Positions 63,464 through 64,000 of a DNA stretch of 64,000 nucleotides are shown here, in pieces. Below the pieces are notes generated by a model that was not told the DNA's origin, ran no database searches, and saw nothing but the letters and a program-made list of their open reading frames with translations. A program made the translations under genes and the position numbers. Positions within the stretch are counted from its first letter, which is position 1; each line of letters begins with the position of its first letter. Source of the stretch: a virus (Duplodnaviria; Heunggongvirae; Uroviricota; Caudoviricetes); IMG/VR virus record IMGVR_UViG_3300046692_000144, positions 85,621 through 149,620 of that record. One strand, written 5' to 3'.

Positions 63464-64000
63464 ATGAGTAGCGTACTTGCGTTTGTAATTGTTGACGCCT
63501 ACGAAGGCGTAATGAACTACGACGATCTTCGTGGTTTGGGTTTCGTGGGTCCTACCCTGGAGAAAGAGTACCTCTCTGGTGCTCACGGTATCAACGGTCT
63601 GATCAACATCATGGGCAATGCCCCGATCAAGCAGTTCCTCATCGAAAATGAAATGAAGGTCGGTGCGGTAACCACTCCTTGGTACAAGGATGGTTCTCTG
63701 ATGACTGAGCCAGAGATCCATGTAGAAATCGTAGGTAGCGACGAAGATGAATTTCTTCTGACCTTCGAGGTCGCAAATAACCTCACTAAGCTGTGCCTGC
63801 CGGATGGTGACGACGACGGTGATAATCATGCCGTATGGGCGAAGGCCAGCGTAATGATGGCTACCTCGACTTACCCGGTTCTGCCCTTCGACCTTCTCGG
63901 TGCGCTCGATCAGGAGTTCGTTAAGAAGGCTAAGCCGAAGAAAAAGGCTCCGGAGTTCATCACTCCTGCACCAGCGCCGAGCATGGATATCCCTATGCCG
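63464..64000 (+). CDS. Hypothetical protein, truncated by the window edge (not in track)
   Basis: GGAG SD; ATG 63464 (MSSVLAFVIVDAYEG...) open to the window end. Confidence 0.7.
   Translation, partial: MSSVLAFVIVDAYEGVMNYDDLRGLGFVGPTLEKEYLSGAHGINGLINIMGNAPIKQFLIENEMKVGAVTTPWYKDGSLMTEPEIHVEIVGSDEDEFLLTFEVANNLTKLCLPDGDDDGDNHAVWAKASVMMATSTYPVLPFDLLGALDQEFVKKAKPKKKAPEFITPAPAPSMDIPMP

Noticed and set aside
1-64000. tRNA/rRNA genes, integrase or transposase, and a named phage or host assignment
   Set aside because: No such signatures were seen by eye, and taxonomy needs database searches I cannot run.

Overview
This 64 kb window comes from a large contractile-tailed dsDNA (jumbo-type) bacteriophage. 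The minus strand carries the morphogenesis module: partial tape measure, tail chaperone pair, terminase, baseplate spike, tube, sheath, neck, major capsid, scaffold-like proteins, prohead protease, portal and a tail-fibre-like gene. It also carries a three-piece multisubunit RNA polymerase, an ATP-dependent DNA ligase and a LigD-type phosphoesterase. Plus-strand islands, each behind a GGTATAA motif, interrupt this module. They encode a complete ubiquitin-like conjugation operon (Ubl, E2, JAB, E1; PRTRC-like), a retron-type reverse transcriptase with an overlapping partner gene, Bro-N, a lipoprotein plus glutathionylspermidine-synthase-like pair, small membrane paralogs, a SNF2 helicase and a MazG pair. 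Structure the ORF track does not explain: (1) two ~600 bp palindromic, TAGAC-rich elements in inverted orientation 51 kb apart, sharing a 101 bp core that differs at one base; (2) a dnaX-style -1 frameshift signal in the JAB gene and another slippery site in the tail chaperone; (3) an N-x-Y-L-E-K-x-A tag on nine late proteins, including the ligase and phosphoesterase; (4) a late promoter-like hexamer exactly 6 nt before five start codons; (5) two candidate stand-alone small late RNAs. All calls come from reading motifs by eye. No database search or folding computation was run, and the host is not determined. I saw no tRNA, rRNA or CRISPR array.
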